DNA from: Thecamonas trahens ATCC 50062
Taxonomy: Eukaryota > Protista > Apusomonadida
DNA length: 64,000 nt
Direction of reading: 5' to 3'
Assembly: GCF_000142905.1 (NCBI RefSeq)
Contig: NW_013657634.1
Span: 124,001 to 188,000, forward strand
The notes beneath the pieces were generated by a model. It worked only from the letters and a program-made list of their open reading frames with translations, was not told the DNA's origin and made no database searches. Below are positions 11,043 to 23,166 of the stretch, piece by piece. Positions within the stretch are counted from its first letter, which is position 1, and each line of letters starts with the position of its first letter. The translations under genes were made by a program, and so were the position numbers.

Positions 11043-11429
11043 AGTGGTACTGGCCGCGTCGGTTGGGGTGGCCAGGGGGTAGAGTGGGCGTGGTGGTGGA
11101 GAGAGGAGTTGCGGCCGGCCAAGCAAACGAGGCCTTGCCGCAGATCCAGGGGCGTGAGTAGGGGCGTGAGCAGGGTCGATCGGGGGGGGGGGAGGGGGGG
11201 GTCTCGGCTTGGCGACTCGGGGAGCGGCGTCGATGGCGGTGAGAGTGGTAGCGGCGATGGACGGTAGGCGGAGAGTTGGTGGTACAGAGTTGGTAGGCGG
11301 CGGGGAGGGGCGCGGCACAGCGCGAGCCTGCAGCAAGCAGAGCGTAAGGCTCGCGGCGACGATTTGCCAACGGGACGGCGAGGCCGCGGTCTGTTGGTGA
11401 GCCGGTTGGTGTGGCCAATGGCGTTAGCG

Positions 11430-13585
11430 TCAGAGCTTGGCGCGCTTGGCGAGCGGGGCAAAGGTGGGGTCGTCGTCGTAGACGGCGAGTGGGTCGGGCA
11501 GAAAGATGGCTTCAGACGGCTGCGACTTGAGCAGGTCGTACGAGGCAAAGGCATCGATCGAGGATGCGGTGATGGTGGGAACGGCAGAGGACGAGCCGAG
11601 AATAAGTGACGGCGAGAGGACGGAAGCGTGGCTACCCGAGGCCGCCGACGAGACCGCGGACGAGCCGAGTGGTTGCGGCGACGACGACGACGGGTTCGAG
11701 GCCGAGCGTGGCAGGAGCGGCTCAGAGTGCCAGTCGTCGACCGGATCGGTAAAGTAGGGCTTGGCCTCGGGCGCGGCAAGGTTTGCCGGTGGCGGGAGGA
11801 CGAGGCCGAGCGGAGTCGACGACGACGGCGAGCCGCGCGAGGTGACGGGCCCGGCCGACGGCGAAGGGATGACCGAGTGCAGGGCCGGGTGAATGTGCGG
11901 CGATGGGACACCGGTCGGGTCGAGCGAGCTCAGCATCGACGCGTCGCCGTCAAACATGAGCGGCGAGAGCGAGACGGCCGAGCCGGTCTCGATGGGCGAG
12001 CCCGAGCCGCCGCGCTTGCGCTTCTTGGTCAAGTCCTGGGCGTAGCCTCCCGACGGCGAAGTGAGCATGTTGTGCGTTGCCGGCGACGGCAGCGGCGATT
12101 GGTTGAGATGGTTGAGCGTCTGATGGAGCCGGAACTGGCGAGTGGTAAACTCCTTAAGCAGTTCCGACGTCGGTGTTGATGGCGCAGAATGCGACTGTGC
12201 ACCGGTGCCCGCCAGGTCGTGGTGCAGCGACCCGAGCGGCGCCGTGAGGCCCGGACGTTGGCCGGCCATCGAAGGCGAGCCAATGGCCGAGTGTGTGCCG
12301 GCCCCCCGCGCCACCCCGCGCGCTGAGCTCGCCAGCGCAGCCTCGGCCGGCGTCTGAGCCGTGCCGCCCGAGCCGGGCGAATCGCCACCGGCCTCTTTGC
12401 CGTTCCCTCCATTTGCCGCCTTGCCGCTCCCTCCGCTAGCAGCCTTGCTCCGCGCGGCCGCAGCCTTGCTCGCCGCCTTGCTCGTTGCGGCCGTCCCGGC
12501 ACCCGGTCCGACCCGGGTCACCACCGAGCCCTTGGGGCGTCCGCGGCCTCCACGGCCACGCCCAGCTTTTGCCGCTGCTGCCTTGGCCTTGGACGCCGAG
12601 CTTGTGCCTCCTTCGCCTGCATCCGCCCATCAATTCCGCCCCTAGCCGTGAGTATGCTGTCAATTGCTGCGAGGGCGGGGACCAAGGCGCTCGGGCCGTG
12701 CAAACAAACGGATGACAAAGGTAGGCTCTGGGTGCAGGCACGGACGGGGGCAAGGGTATGGCCAAGAATAAACAAGAGCCACACCCACACCCACAGGTAC
12801 CGCCCATACCCCCTGAGGCATCTATCTCGCGTACTCTCCTCCTCGCTACTCTCCTCCATCTCCCAATTCTCGGAGGTGCTGGCCCTTGGGTGGAGGGGGT
12901 GGACCCGGGCCGAGGTCACGCTCCCACCGCCCACCCACGGGGGGCGAGCTGATGGCAGGCAGTTGCGACGGGGGGGGAGGAGGGGAGAAGGGAGCACGGA
13001 CACGGGGTGACTCCCTGCATGCAACTACGCACCCATGGGTGGATGGGAAGCCATAGAACACGCATACTGCGCCGTCTGTGGCATGGGTAGCATCCCATGG
13101 CTCGTTCTGGCAAAGGCCCCGCACCGAGCAGTTGGCTTACGGCCTTGCCTCACGCGGAGAACGGGGGAAGGGGGGGGGGGGGAGGGGACGGGGAAGGGGA
13201 AGGGGAAGGGGGAGGGCGGGGGGAAAAAGGGAAGGGGGTAGCTAGGCAGGTAAATGGATGGTGGGTGCGTACCGGTTGCCTTGGACGACTTGGACGCCTT
13301 GGTCTTCTTCCGTTTCTTGGTGGTAGCAGCCTTTGGCGTCCGTCCAGTTGAGCTCTTGGAAGGAGGTGCTGCAACAGCAGCAGTGCCAGCGTCAGCGGTA
13401 GCTGGGCCAGCCACAAAGACGTTCTTAAGCGACTCAATCTTCGACTGACCAAGGCCTCTCACACGCCGCAGTTGGTCCATCGACGTGTATGGCCCCGAGT
13501 CAATGATCTTCCGGGCCACACCGATGCCGATGCCCTTGAACTGCCGCGTGAACACCGCGGGGTCAGTCACCGCGTTGATGTCCAT
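11430..13585 (-). CDS. Putative DNA-binding protein: N-terminal ComEA-type helix-hairpin-helix, AT-hook-like motif and low-complexity S/P tail; exons 13585-13273 and 12616-11430
   Basis: MDINA...FKGIGIGVARKIIDSGPYTSMDQLRRVRGLGQSKIESLK (HhH_3). The phase-1 intron GTACGC...ATGCAG joins it to GEGG...GRGRGGRGRPKG. KKRKK and KKRKR are NLS-like. Confidence 0.65.
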
Positions 13586-13955
13586 GAGAGCGCCTCTGGT
13601 AGAGACAGGTGTGAACAACCTTCTTCCCTCGCCGCGCTCCCCACCACACCGCCATCAGCCCTTACCCACTCCCTTTCCATCCCTCCATCCACCCCCCTCC
13701 CTACGTCCCCTTCCTCCCCCCTCCCTCTCCCTCTGCCCTCCATCCACCGTCTGTCCCCTCTGCCCTTCCCCCCCCCCCCCCCTGCCTATCCGTTCCTTTC
13801 TGTCCATGTCACACAACTCAGCCGGTCACTCGTCGGAACAATGCATCATGTTTGCTGATACAATGATGGATGACAGCCACCATTCTCGGTCTTCTCATTC
13901 ATGGTCGGACAATTTGCAATCATCATTGGTCCGCCCCCCCCCCTCCAAGACCCTT

Positions 13956-14055
13956 NNNNNNNNNNNNNNNNNNNNNNNNNNNNNNNNNNNNNNNNNNNNN
14001 NNNNNNNNNNNNNNNNNNNNNNNNNNNNNNNNNNNNNNNNNNNNNNNNNNNNNNN
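13956..14055. other. Assembly gap (100 N)
   Basis: N run flanked by C-rich tracts. Confidence 0.99.
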
Positions 14056-14223
14056 CCACTTCGGTCCGCCCCCCCCGGTCCGCCCCCCCCGCCCCCCCCC
14101 CCTCCCCTCCTCTCCCCCTCCTCTCCCCTTTCCTCCTCCACTACTGGTACCACCCGCCTGCTAGAGATTGCACTATGGCATCTGGCTCTCGCTTGCCACT
14201 TGACTTGGTTTGACAAGCTGGTC

Positions 14224-15372
14224 ATGGACCGGGGCATTAGCGACAGCGGTGGTGGTGGCAGTGACGGTGGTGGTGGCGGTGGTGGTGGTGGTGGTGGTGG
14301 TGACGGCAGTGGCGTGGCACTGGTGGGTCAGCCGGTGGTGGCGATCGCGGACGACGAGGCGGCGCGGTTGACGGTTCTGGTGGAGCAGCTGCGGTCACAG
14401 GTGACGGACCAGAGCAGGATCATCGACGAACTGAAGGAGGAGATGGCGGCGACCAAGGATTGCGTCGAGGCTGACCTGGTCTACGCCGGCCTGCGGGGTC
14501 AGATCAGCGAGCTGGAGATCGAGCTTGATGCTGCCGGCACTGGGTTCGATAAGATGGTGGTGCGGGCCGAGGCGGCAGAGGCTCGTGTTGCCAAGCTAAA
14601 GGCCGAGCTGGCGGAGGCGACGCAGAAGCATACGGCTGCAGTCGAGGCGCTGTACGCCGGGCATAAGGAGCAGATCGCCGAACTCGAGGCCGAGCTGACG
14701 GCAACCGCCCAGCTCCTGGATGAGGCGACCGTGCGGGCCGAGGCGGCCGGGGCTGAGCTGACTGCGGTCGTCGATGCACGCCGGGCAGCGGCCGAGTGTG
14801 TGGCGAGGCTCGAGGCTGAGCTGGCGGCGGCCGCGGGAAGTGCTGCGGCGGCTGATACAGTCGCTTGCGGGCTCCGGGAGCAGGTCGAGGAGTTGGAAGC
14901 CGAGCTGGCGGCGACAGCTGAGAAGCTGGAAGCTGTGGCCGACGACGGCGTTGCTGCCGCCGAGGCTGCAAGCGTAGAGGCTTCACTCCAGCAGATGATG
15001 GAGGACGATACAGCGGTGCGGCGCCTGGTGCTCGAGGAAGCGCCGCTGGAGCTGAGCATCGACCCGGCGACACCAACGCCCGCCCTTGTGGCTGCGCTCA
15101 TCGCCGAGCTCGAGGTTCGCGAAGCCGTAGTGGAGCACTACCGGGTCAAGGACGCACTGCTGAGTCCAGGCCGCGGGACGGGCACGGAATTGAGCGCAAG
15201 CTCGGACGCCGACGAGGCGGGCATTGCGGCCGGAGGCGTGTGCTGGCGGTATGCCCGCGACGGGGCGGCAACTCTGACGATGGCGCTGCTGTTGGCGCTT
15301 GTGGTTGGCCTCCTTTCTGGCGCTGCAGAGCCAGGGCCGACGTACCATGGCGGTCGGTTTATTCCGAGCTAG
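14224..15372 (+). CDS. Coiled-coil protein with C-terminal transmembrane anchor (tail-anchored, tether-like)
   Basis: Heptad-rich E/A/L sequence with internal repeats (GLRGQISELE / GHKEQIAELE / GLREQVEELE) and hydrophobic TLTMALLLALVVGLL near the end. The start is uncertain because it is close to the gap. Confidence 0.65.
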   Translation: MDRGISDSGGGGSDGGGGGGGGGGGGDGSGVALVGQPVVAIADDEAARLTVLVEQLRSQVTDQSRIIDELKEEMAATKDCVEADLVYAGLRGQISELEIELDAAGTGFDKMVVRAEAAEARVAKLKAELAEATQKHTAAVEALYAGHKEQIAELEAELTATAQLLDEATVRAEAAGAELTAVVDARRAAAECVARLEAELAAAAGSAAAADTVACGLREQVEELEAELAATAEKLEAVADDGVAAAEAASVEASLQQMMEDDTAVRRLVLEEAPLELSIDPATPTPALVAALIAELEVREAVVEHYRVKDALLSPGRGTGTELSASSDADEAGIAAGGVCWRYARDGAATLTMALLLALVVGLLSGAAEPGPTYHGGRFIPS

Positions 15373-16294
15373 CAGGAGCGCGGGCATGCAGAGCCCACGG
15401 GCCGAGGTTGCTCGCCGAAAGCGCCGAGCTCGGCAGCAGCGCAAACTCTGTGGCGTTATCCTGGACGTCGGCGTGGAGGGTAAAGCCATTCGCGGCGGCG
15501 GCAAGGGCGAGATCGGGCGTGGAGCGTTCCACATACAGATGGCGGAGAGCCTGCAGCGCGTCCAAGGCGGCAGGATCAAACTCTGTCTTGCGGAGCGAGA
15601 GATGCTCCAAGGCGGGGAGGGTGGCGAGCGGGGCGAGCGACGGCAGCTGGGTTTCATCGAGATTGAGCGTCCGAAGCGAGGCAAGCGACTCGACAAGGTG
15701 TGCACCCGGGACAGCAGTGCGGCTGAGGTCCAGATCGACGAGCGAGGCGAGCTCGTCGAGGACCGTCCACGACCAGTCGTCGACGTCTGTGGCGGCAGCG
15801 AGGCGCAGGAGGCGGAGGCGTGACATGTGCTGGATGACCGCAAGATCCAGGCCGACGCAGCCGGCAATGTCCAGCTCGATGAGGCCAAGATTGGCAAGAA
15901 AGCTGTAGTCTGCCGACCGGATCAGTGTGCCGGCCATGCGGAGGATGTCGAGGGTAGGCGCGAGGGCGACGAGCGAGGCGAGCGAGTCGACGCAAGTGTA
16001 GGAGATGTCGAGGGTTGCCAACGCGCCCAGCTTGGGCAGGACGCCTGCGTCGGGTCCAAGGACAGCGTCGAGGGCCTTGTCCGGCACGCTCGCCATGTGC
16101 AAGGCCGTGAGTGAGGGGAGGGTCTTGAGCGCCACGCCGGCGTCGGTAAAGTCGACGCCCGACACATTGAGGCTCACCACAGGCGCAGTGACTCGGCCGA
16201 GGAGGCGGAGCGAGACTGGCTCGCGGACGGTACTCCAGTCGACCTGTGCCCGCCCGTCGGCATCGATGTCGACGCCGTACACCCTACTGGCCAT
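15359..16294 (-). CDS. Leucine-rich repeat protein
   Basis: Repeated LxxLxLxxT/N motifs (LATLDISYT, LVDLDLSRT, LRTLNLDET, LEHLSLRKT). Confidence 0.85.
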   Translation of the reverse strand: MASRVYGVDIDADGRAQVDWSTVREPVSLRLLGRVTAPVVSLNVSGVDFTDAGVALKTLPSLTALHMASVPDKALDAVLGPDAGVLPKLGALATLDISYTCVDSLASLVALAPTLDILRMAGTLIRSADYSFLANLGLIELDIAGCVGLDLAVIQHMSRLRLLRLAAATDVDDWSWTVLDELASLVDLDLSRTAVPGAHLVESLASLRTLNLDETQLPSLAPLATLPALEHLSLRKTEFDPAALDALQALRHLYVERSTPDLALAAAANGFTLHADVQDNATEFALLPSSALSASNLGPWALHARAPASSE

Positions 16295-16377
16295 GGCGGA
16301 GAGGAGGAGAGGAAGAGAGGAGTTGGGTGCTGGGCTCTGGTGCTGGCTCTGGCTTTGCTCTGGCGGCTGGCGACTGG

Positions 16378-17943
16378 CTACGGCGAGTGCAGAACGGGGA
16401 CCGCCGGCGAGGTCGGCGAGGCGAGCGGCGAGCGGGATCGGGCAGCCGAGGCTCGGAGCTTAAGCGAGGCAAACTTGGAGTTGAGCGATGGGCGCCTGCG
16501 GAGGGCACCGGAGCGACGGGCGAGGTTAATGCCGAGCGAGTTGGCGCCAGGTGACGAGCCGCCCGTGTCGCCGAGGGGGTCGGCGCTGACGCGAGCATGG
16601 GCTTTGTGGACAAGCGCCACAAGCTCTGACTCGGAAGGGAAGATGGAAAAGTGCGGCGGTGGCGGCTTGGGCGGGAGGTGTGCCGAGGCATGGGGTGCGG
16701 CGAGCGGGTCAGCGATCGCCGAGGAGGCTGGCGATTGGAGCGCCGACTCGACGCGGAGGCGGTTGAGGAGCGACTTGCACTCGCGGTCCCACTGGGTGAG
16801 GGTGACGGTGGTGTAGTGGTGGAGGGCGGCGAGGTGGGCGCGCTCGCGCTCGAGGAGGTTCTCCTCGAGGACCAGCCACTTGACGGTGTCAGGGACGGCG
16901 TTGTAGGCGTTGATGGGCGACGGCGGAGCGAGCAGCGGCGCCGCCGACGTCGAGTTGCGGCGGGAAGAGTTGACGGCTCGGCGGCGGGCGAGTTCGGCGC
17001 CGAGTGTGGCGGCGTTGCCGGAGACGGTGAGGCTTGCTGAGGCCGAGGTGAAGATAGAGGCATTGGCAGTCTCACGGGCGTCGTTCATGGCGCGGCGCTC
17101 GACAATGTCAAAGGCGCGGGCAATGATCTTGACCTGGGCCATGCGGCGGGCGCGCTTTGCACGCCAGCCGGCCTGCACCGTCATGGCGGCAGCGCGGAAG
17201 CGCTTGACAAACTTGACAATGTCGTTGACCTGCTCAAACTCGCCAAGAACGTCTGCGGCGATGGTGGCGGCCTTGCGCTTTGCAGCGAGGCGCTTCTGAA
17301 GGAGGCGGACGGTGAGGGCGCGCTCGAGGGTGTCGACACCGTGTGCCTCGCGGGCAAGGCGGTTCATGCGGTGTGAGCGCCAGAAGCGCTGGATGGTCTG
17401 GACGCGCTCCTCGACGCGGGATTTCTTATCGCGGGCGGCGACGATGGCGGCGCGCCAGTGCTCGAGGCGGGCGGCGAGTGCGACGAGGACAAGCCAGGGG
17501 CGGGCGCGAGCCTGGCGGCGGGCAAATCGCTGCTCGGCGCGGGCGTCGACGGCGCGGGCATCGTCGCCGAACCGCATCTCGGCCCGGCGACGCAGGAGCC
17601 TGCGGGCCTGGGCTTGCTGAGCGCGCTCTGCAGCGGCGATGCGGGCATCGTGCTTGGCACGCCAGCGAGCGCGAGCTGCGTCCATCTCCTCGCGCGAGAG
17701 AACCTTGCGGTTTGCGTCGACGATGGACGACTCGTGCTCTGTCCGAGCGAGAGAGTGGAGCGAGGCAGCCAAGTCGGCGAGCGCATCGCCGTCGAGGTGA
17801 TCGTCGTCGGCATCGTCACCATCAAAGACAGCCATACGAGCAGAGAGCGTTGTGGCCAGAGCCGGCGAGTTGCGGGCTATGGATCGCTCTGTCTTGACCG
17901 CATCGGCAAACGAGCGCCATGCACGGCGATTGTTGCGAAACAT
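16378..17943 (-). CDS. Hypothetical coiled-coil protein with IQ-like motifs
   Basis: IQRFWR and VQAGWR IQ-like motifs; long ORF with typical codon usage. Confidence 0.6.
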   Translation of the reverse strand: MFRNNRRAWRSFADAVKTERSIARNSPALATTLSARMAVFDGDDADDDHLDGDALADLAASLHSLARTEHESSIVDANRKVLSREEMDAARARWRAKHDARIAAAERAQQAQARRLLRRRAEMRFGDDARAVDARAEQRFARRQARARPWLVLVALAARLEHWRAAIVAARDKKSRVEERVQTIQRFWRSHRMNRLAREAHGVDTLERALTVRLLQKRLAAKRKAATIAADVLGEFEQVNDIVKFVKRFRAAAMTVQAGWRAKRARRMAQVKIIARAFDIVERRAMNDARETANASIFTSASASLTVSGNAATLGAELARRRAVNSSRRNSTSAAPLLAPPSPINAYNAVPDTVKWLVLEENLLERERAHLAALHHYTTVTLTQWDRECKSLLNRLRVESALQSPASSAIADPLAAPHASAHLPPKPPPPHFSIFPSESELVALVHKAHARVSADPLGDTGGSSPGANSLGINLARRSGALRRRPSLNSKFASLKLRASAARSRSPLASPTSPAVPVLHSP

Positions 17944-18211
17944 GGCGAGGCGGCGGGCGACGGCGGTGGAGAGCAGCGACGACGAGGCCGTTGACTGGGC
18001 ATGTCGTCGGAACGAGCGCACGTCGCCAGTGGTAGCCCATGCAGGGCCAGCTCCCGACTCAGCCCTTGCTCTCTGTCTAGGGTGGCGGTGTCGTGGCATG
18101 GGTCTGTTACTGCTCCTCTCCCCCCCCCCCCCCCCCTCCCTCCCCACCCCCCTCCCCACCTCCTCCTCCCCGCCCTACTGCACTCCACTTCACTCCACAC
18201 GTAGCCCATCC

Positions 18212-21200
18212 ATGCGCCCACACACGGTGGTGGCTGTGGCCGCACTGCTCAGCTTGCTGCTGGTGGTGGCTCCGCAGGTGGCTGGCATGCCGTACGCACG
18301 CAAGCGGGCGGCGCCGTTCCATGGCATTGACGGCCTCGCGGCGCCGCCAAGCCGGCAGGAGACCGACGCCAAGGGCCGCATCCATGCTGCGCACGACGTG
18401 TTCCATGTGGATGAGCGCGGTGAGACCCGCATGGCCTACTCGGCCGTCCTTCGCCCGCGCACCATCGCCCTCGATCACGCTCCTGCTGTCCACGACATCC
18501 ACTGCGCCAGGAGCACCCGCTCTGGATCGGACGTCCTGCTCGTCGTCTCGTCGGCGCCCGAGGAAGTCATGGCTTGGCCGGTTGGTGCGCCCGCTGTCGG
18601 CGGCGCTCACTTTTCCTGCGGCAAGCCGCTGATGGTCCGCCTCGCGGGCTCGCCGTCGCGGCTCGGATCGTCGGGCGTCGTCTCATGGCCGGTGGTGGCC
18701 TCCAATCTCACCGATGTCTTTGAGCACGCCCATGTGGTCTTTCACCACGAGCCGGCTGCCGCGTTTGAGCCGCCGCGCCACGACTCGCAGTCCATGCTGC
18801 CGCGGGTGGCACTCGACAAGACCTTTGACGTCTTCAACTTCAACTACGACGCTGACGATGACATTGCCGCAGAGTTTGAGGTCACCGCGGGCCCGCTCAC
18901 CTGCTACAACTGCTACGCGTACATGAGTGCCGGGGTGCACATGGAGCTTACCATCGCCAACTTTTGGATCGAGAGCTTTGAGGTCAAGGTATTTGGCGAG
19001 GCCGCCGTCAACGGCGACCTTGCTGTGGAGAATCCGTCGTGGACCGAGAACATGGACGAGGACCACGCGTTTGATATTGGCGGTGAGATCCCAGGCGTGG
19101 CGTGGATCTTTGTCGCCGCCGGCGTGCCCATGCACATCCAGCCCAAGTACCGCCTCCAGGGCATGGCCAAGGCCATGGGCTCCATCACCATGCGCATCAC
19201 CGCAGGGCTCTCGGCCAAGGCCTCGGCCGAGTTTGGCGTCCGCTACCGCAACAACCGCTGGTCGCTCATCATGGCTCCGGCCTGGGGCCTCGAGCTTCGC
19301 AAGCCGCAGTACTTCTTTGAGCAGAAGGACGTGACGCTCAAGGCGTACGTCATGCCCTCGCTCACCATCATGATGTGGCAGACCGTCGGCGTCGGCGTCG
19401 TCGCCAAGCCCTACATCGGCTACGAGCTTGTCGACGCCTCGGGCAATGCCGTCAACAACGACGACGCCAATGGCCGCGTCGTTGGTTCGCTCATCGACAT
19501 TCCAGACTCGCCACTTGCCCGCCCTAACCCGGTCAACTACGCCCCGTTCAAGGTCACCGCCACGACAACCTCGGTCACCCTCGGCTGGCTCCCACCCACC
19601 CTCGGCGCCCGCACCTCGGCGCCAACCCGCTACGCCCTCGACCGCTACAAGTGCGGCCTCTGGCCGCTGCCGTGCGCGGTGACAACAAACCCGTGGGTCG
19701 CCGTCACCGACGCCATCGACCCATCGGCGCCATCCCCGCTTCGCCCGCGCTACACCATGACCGGCCTCGAAGCCGACCAGGGCTATGGCGTGCGGCTCAA
19801 GGCCGGCTCGGCCTCGGGCTGGGGCGACTACTCGCCGACCGTTGTCGTTGGCACCTCGGACGGCTCGCCCTCGCTCGACTCGGTCTACTTTCCGCTGCCC
19901 GGCACGTCGTGGGCGACCGGCGACACCGTCGAAGTTGCATGGGGCGCGTCGGCCATGTCCCCAACTGCCACCCTGCGCATCGAGCTGTGGGAGGCCGTCC
20001 CGCGGTGGCCCGACGAGCGAGTCGTCACCCTCGCATCTGGCGTCTCGGTCGCATCCGGCGCCGCCAACGTCACCCTGTCGTACGATCTGGAGACCAAGTC
20101 CAACTACTACGTAATGGTTGTCGACGAGTCGGACTCGTCCAACACCGCCGACTCGGGTGAGTTTGCCATCCGCTTCGTCTCTTCGCCGGCCAACGGCCGG
20201 TTCATTGTCCAGGTTCTCTCGGCCTCAGGCCTCCCCGGCGGCACTGGCATTGATCCGTACGTCAAAGTCGCCGTCGCCGACTACGGCGAGAAGCAGACAG
20301 CGTACGTCTCAGACTCGACGGCACCAACCTGGAATGCTGCGCTGGCCTTTGGCCGCGAGATGCCGGTCGACCGCGCAGCGTCGCGAAGCGTCACCCTCAT
20401 CGTCATGGACGACGACTTTGGCACCGACGCCGAAATTGGGCGGACCGCTCCGGTCACATGCACCTTTTCCGCCCTCGACACCTCGTGCGACTTCTCTCCC
20501 AGGCGCTCGACACCTCGGGTACCGTCGCGTTCAGGCTCCAGTTGCTGTCGTCGAGCTCGCGCTCGGTCCGCGACACCGCGCTGGTCAACGCCGAACCCGA
20601 GGGCCGCGGCCTGGCAAAAGTCGCGCCGCGGGCAGACACCTGTCCCGGCGACGTCTCTTACCAGCTCTCATTTGGCGTCTCGGTCTCTGCCCGGGTCGCT
20701 GCCGTCACCATTCCGGACGCCACGCCCATCATCGGCGGCTACGAGCTTTTCCCTGGCGGCGAGCTCGGCGGTGCCGTCGCCATTCCGCCGACCAAGTTCT
20801 CGTGCGGCGTGGCGTGCTCCGGGTGTCGACAGGCGCTGGTCGACGCTGCTGCGGCACTCGGCGAGTCCAGCACTCCGTCAGCCGAGGCGCTGGCAGAACT
20901 CTGGGTTGAGCCCGACCAGCAGCGGCGGCCGTCCAAGGACGCCATTCTGGCCGAGCGGCGCAAGAAGCAGCTCCAACAGCTGATCATTGTGGCAGTCGTT
21001 GTCGGCGTCGTCATGTGTGGTCTTTGCTGCTGCGCGGCATGGTGCTACTACAAGCGCCAGCGCCGCGACAACGAGTCTCGCCACCACTCGCGTCGGCACG
21101 AGGTGGAGATGGCGCCCAAGCCGCCGCCGGTCGCTGCGCCGGCGGCGGCGCCGGCTGCTCCGGTCCACGTCGACCGCGACTCACACTGGTGGAACCCGAT

Positions 21201-21249
21201 GGGCAAGGTCCACATGCCGTGGATGTCGTCGTCATCATCGTCTGCCTAG
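18212..21249 (+). CDS. Type I membrane protein: signal peptide, beta-rich domain, FN3, Kre9/GPI-anchored-type Ig-like domain, C2 domain and TM helix; frame change near 20453-20502
   Basis: Signal MRPHTVVAVAALLSLLLVVAPQVAG; FN3 TTTSVTLGWLPP...YTMTGLEADQGYGVRLKAGSASGWGDYS; C2 VQVLSASGL...DPYVKV...PTWN...VMDDDFGTDAEIG; TM LIIVAVVVGVVMCGLCCCAAWCYY in the second ORF. A phase-0 50-nt GT-AG intron (20453-20502) or an indel joins the two ORFs. Confidence 0.75.
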
Positions 21250-21279
21250 CACACACAAGTAAAGACTTTACAACACACA

Positions 21280-22933
21280 CTACCAGTAGTCGTCGTCCGA
21301 GTCAGAAGAGCCGTTCCAGTCGGTGGCGGTCTCGCGACCACGAAGTGCGGCGATGAGCATGGAGACAAGAGTCATGACGATGACGCCGGCGTTGCCGACA
21401 AAGAACACAGTGCCGAGGACCGGGAACTTGATGGAGATGCGGGTGACGAAGCGACCGACCTGCGACATGACGCATCCGGCCTCGATGGGCGCCTCGATGG
21501 AGCACGGCTTGGTAGAGCCGTCGGGCAGGGCGTAGACCTGCGAACCAAAGAGGGCGTACTGCGGCGCGAGCTGGACAAACATGACGTTGACGGCCATAAA
21601 GGCAAGCGAGATGATGACAACCGAGAGTAGGACACCCTGGGGGACGGTGGCGGCCTTGCGGACACGGTACATGAGGAAGCAGAAGCAGCGGATGCTGACG
21701 CGGACAAGACCGGCGGCGGTGGCGAGGAAAGTGAAGAGGTAGACGCCAAGCAGGATGACGTAGTCGAGCGGGAAGACTGTGGCAAGCTTGACCATGAGCA
21801 TGTCGAAGGGGTTGGAGATCTGCGGACGCGAGAGGACCCAGCCGCAGTTGTAGCCGCAGACCGAGTGCTTGAGGCGATCGACGCCGCCAATGATGAGCGA
21901 GATGGTGAGGAAGAGGGTGAGGAGGAGAAAGACAATACCAAAGAGGATCTGAAGCGGGCGGAGGAAGCGGGTCATCTTGGCCCAGCAAGTGTTGCGGGTC
22001 GCCTGGATCCGCGCCGAGCGGCGGGTGAGCTGCTTCTCGGAGCGGCGGAGCATGTCGAGCGCCTTCTGGTCCTTCTTGGAAATGCGGCGGCCGGAAATAT
22101 ACTTGGCCTGGATGGCGCGGGCCTTCTCCTTGGTGGTGAGGAGCGACTCGGTGACGTCGCGTGACTCCGACTCGAGGTGGATGGAGCCGGCGATCATGGC
22201 CACGGGCATGGCGCCAAAGCCACAGCCGGTAAAGGTGACGACGCACATAAAGCCGATGACGGTGAGCGAGGCAATAGCAAACGAGATCGAAGCCTCGGTC
22301 TTGGTCTCCGAGTCGAGCAGGTGGTTGAGGTACGCCTCGGCCTGGTCGTCCTTGACGTCGGGCTTTGCGCCCGAGAGCACAATGCCGATGACGACAAGGA
22401 TGACAACAATGACCAGAACCGAGATGGAGTACTTGCAGGCAGATGCGACGCGGGCGTTGACAGTGATGTCGGGATGGTCCTCCTCGTAGTAAAAGTAGGC
22501 AAAGGGAATGGCAATGAAGAGGAAGAACAGCATGACGCCGTAGAGGACGAGGTACAGGTCCCTCACCGAGGTCATGCGCGACGAGACGTCCGCCGGCGAG
22601 AGACGGGCATTGCCATGCTCATCCGACGTTGACGACACGTTGTACACATCGACAGGAACTAGAACAACCGTAAACAGGGCAAACATAAGCGCAGTCACCG
22701 CCACCACAGAGGTGAACGTCTTCTCTGGCTCGCGGGCGTGGAAGACGAAGCGGACAAAGGCAAAGGCCACGACGCCGGCCGCCACCACAATGACCGCAAA
22801 CAGGATCCATGCCAGCACCTGCAAAGGGAAGAAGGGATGAGTGGGTGATGGTGGAGGGGGAGAGAGGAGGGACATGAGGGGGTGGGTGGGTGGGTGGGTA
22901 GGGGGCTGAGGAGCCACGTACGGGGATGTCCAT
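21280..22933 (-). CDS. LMBRD1: LMBR1-family protein, probable lysosomal cobalamin transport escort LMBRD1; exons 22933-22922 and 22818-21280
   Basis: GCCACCATGG start, MDIP|GTACGT...TTTGCAG|VLAW; LVPVDV, IPFAYFYYEE, NPFD...FPLDY and APQYALFGSQ motifs; about 9 TM helices. Confidence 0.85.
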
Positions 22934-23166
22934 GGTGGCACGTGTGGCGTCAAGTCTGGCCGCCGCTAGATGGACGTCGTGATCGACGGCGTGTTCGTCA
23001 CTTGACCTGGTGGAGAGTGGCGATGGTGATAGAGAAACCTAGAGATGAATGAGAGATACAGATAAAGATAGAGAGAGAGAGAGTGTGTGTGTGTATATAT
23101 GGGTTTTTCTGGGAGGTAGTTAGTGGCTTGATCGGACTTGATGCAAGTTGGGTATGGCGGCCTCGG

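Noticed and set aside
13818-13926. Possible box C/D snoRNA on the minus strand (ATGATGA...CTGA in an AT-richer patch)
   Set aside because: There is no convincing terminal stem and no rRNA-complementary guide that I can recognise. It would need snoScan or Rfam.
22998-23030. Alternative LMBRD1 first exon with an ATC start (ACCATCGCC...CAG|GTCAAG)
   Set aside because: A perfect GCCACCATGG start with an in-phase GTACGT donor at 22933-22921 explains the gene
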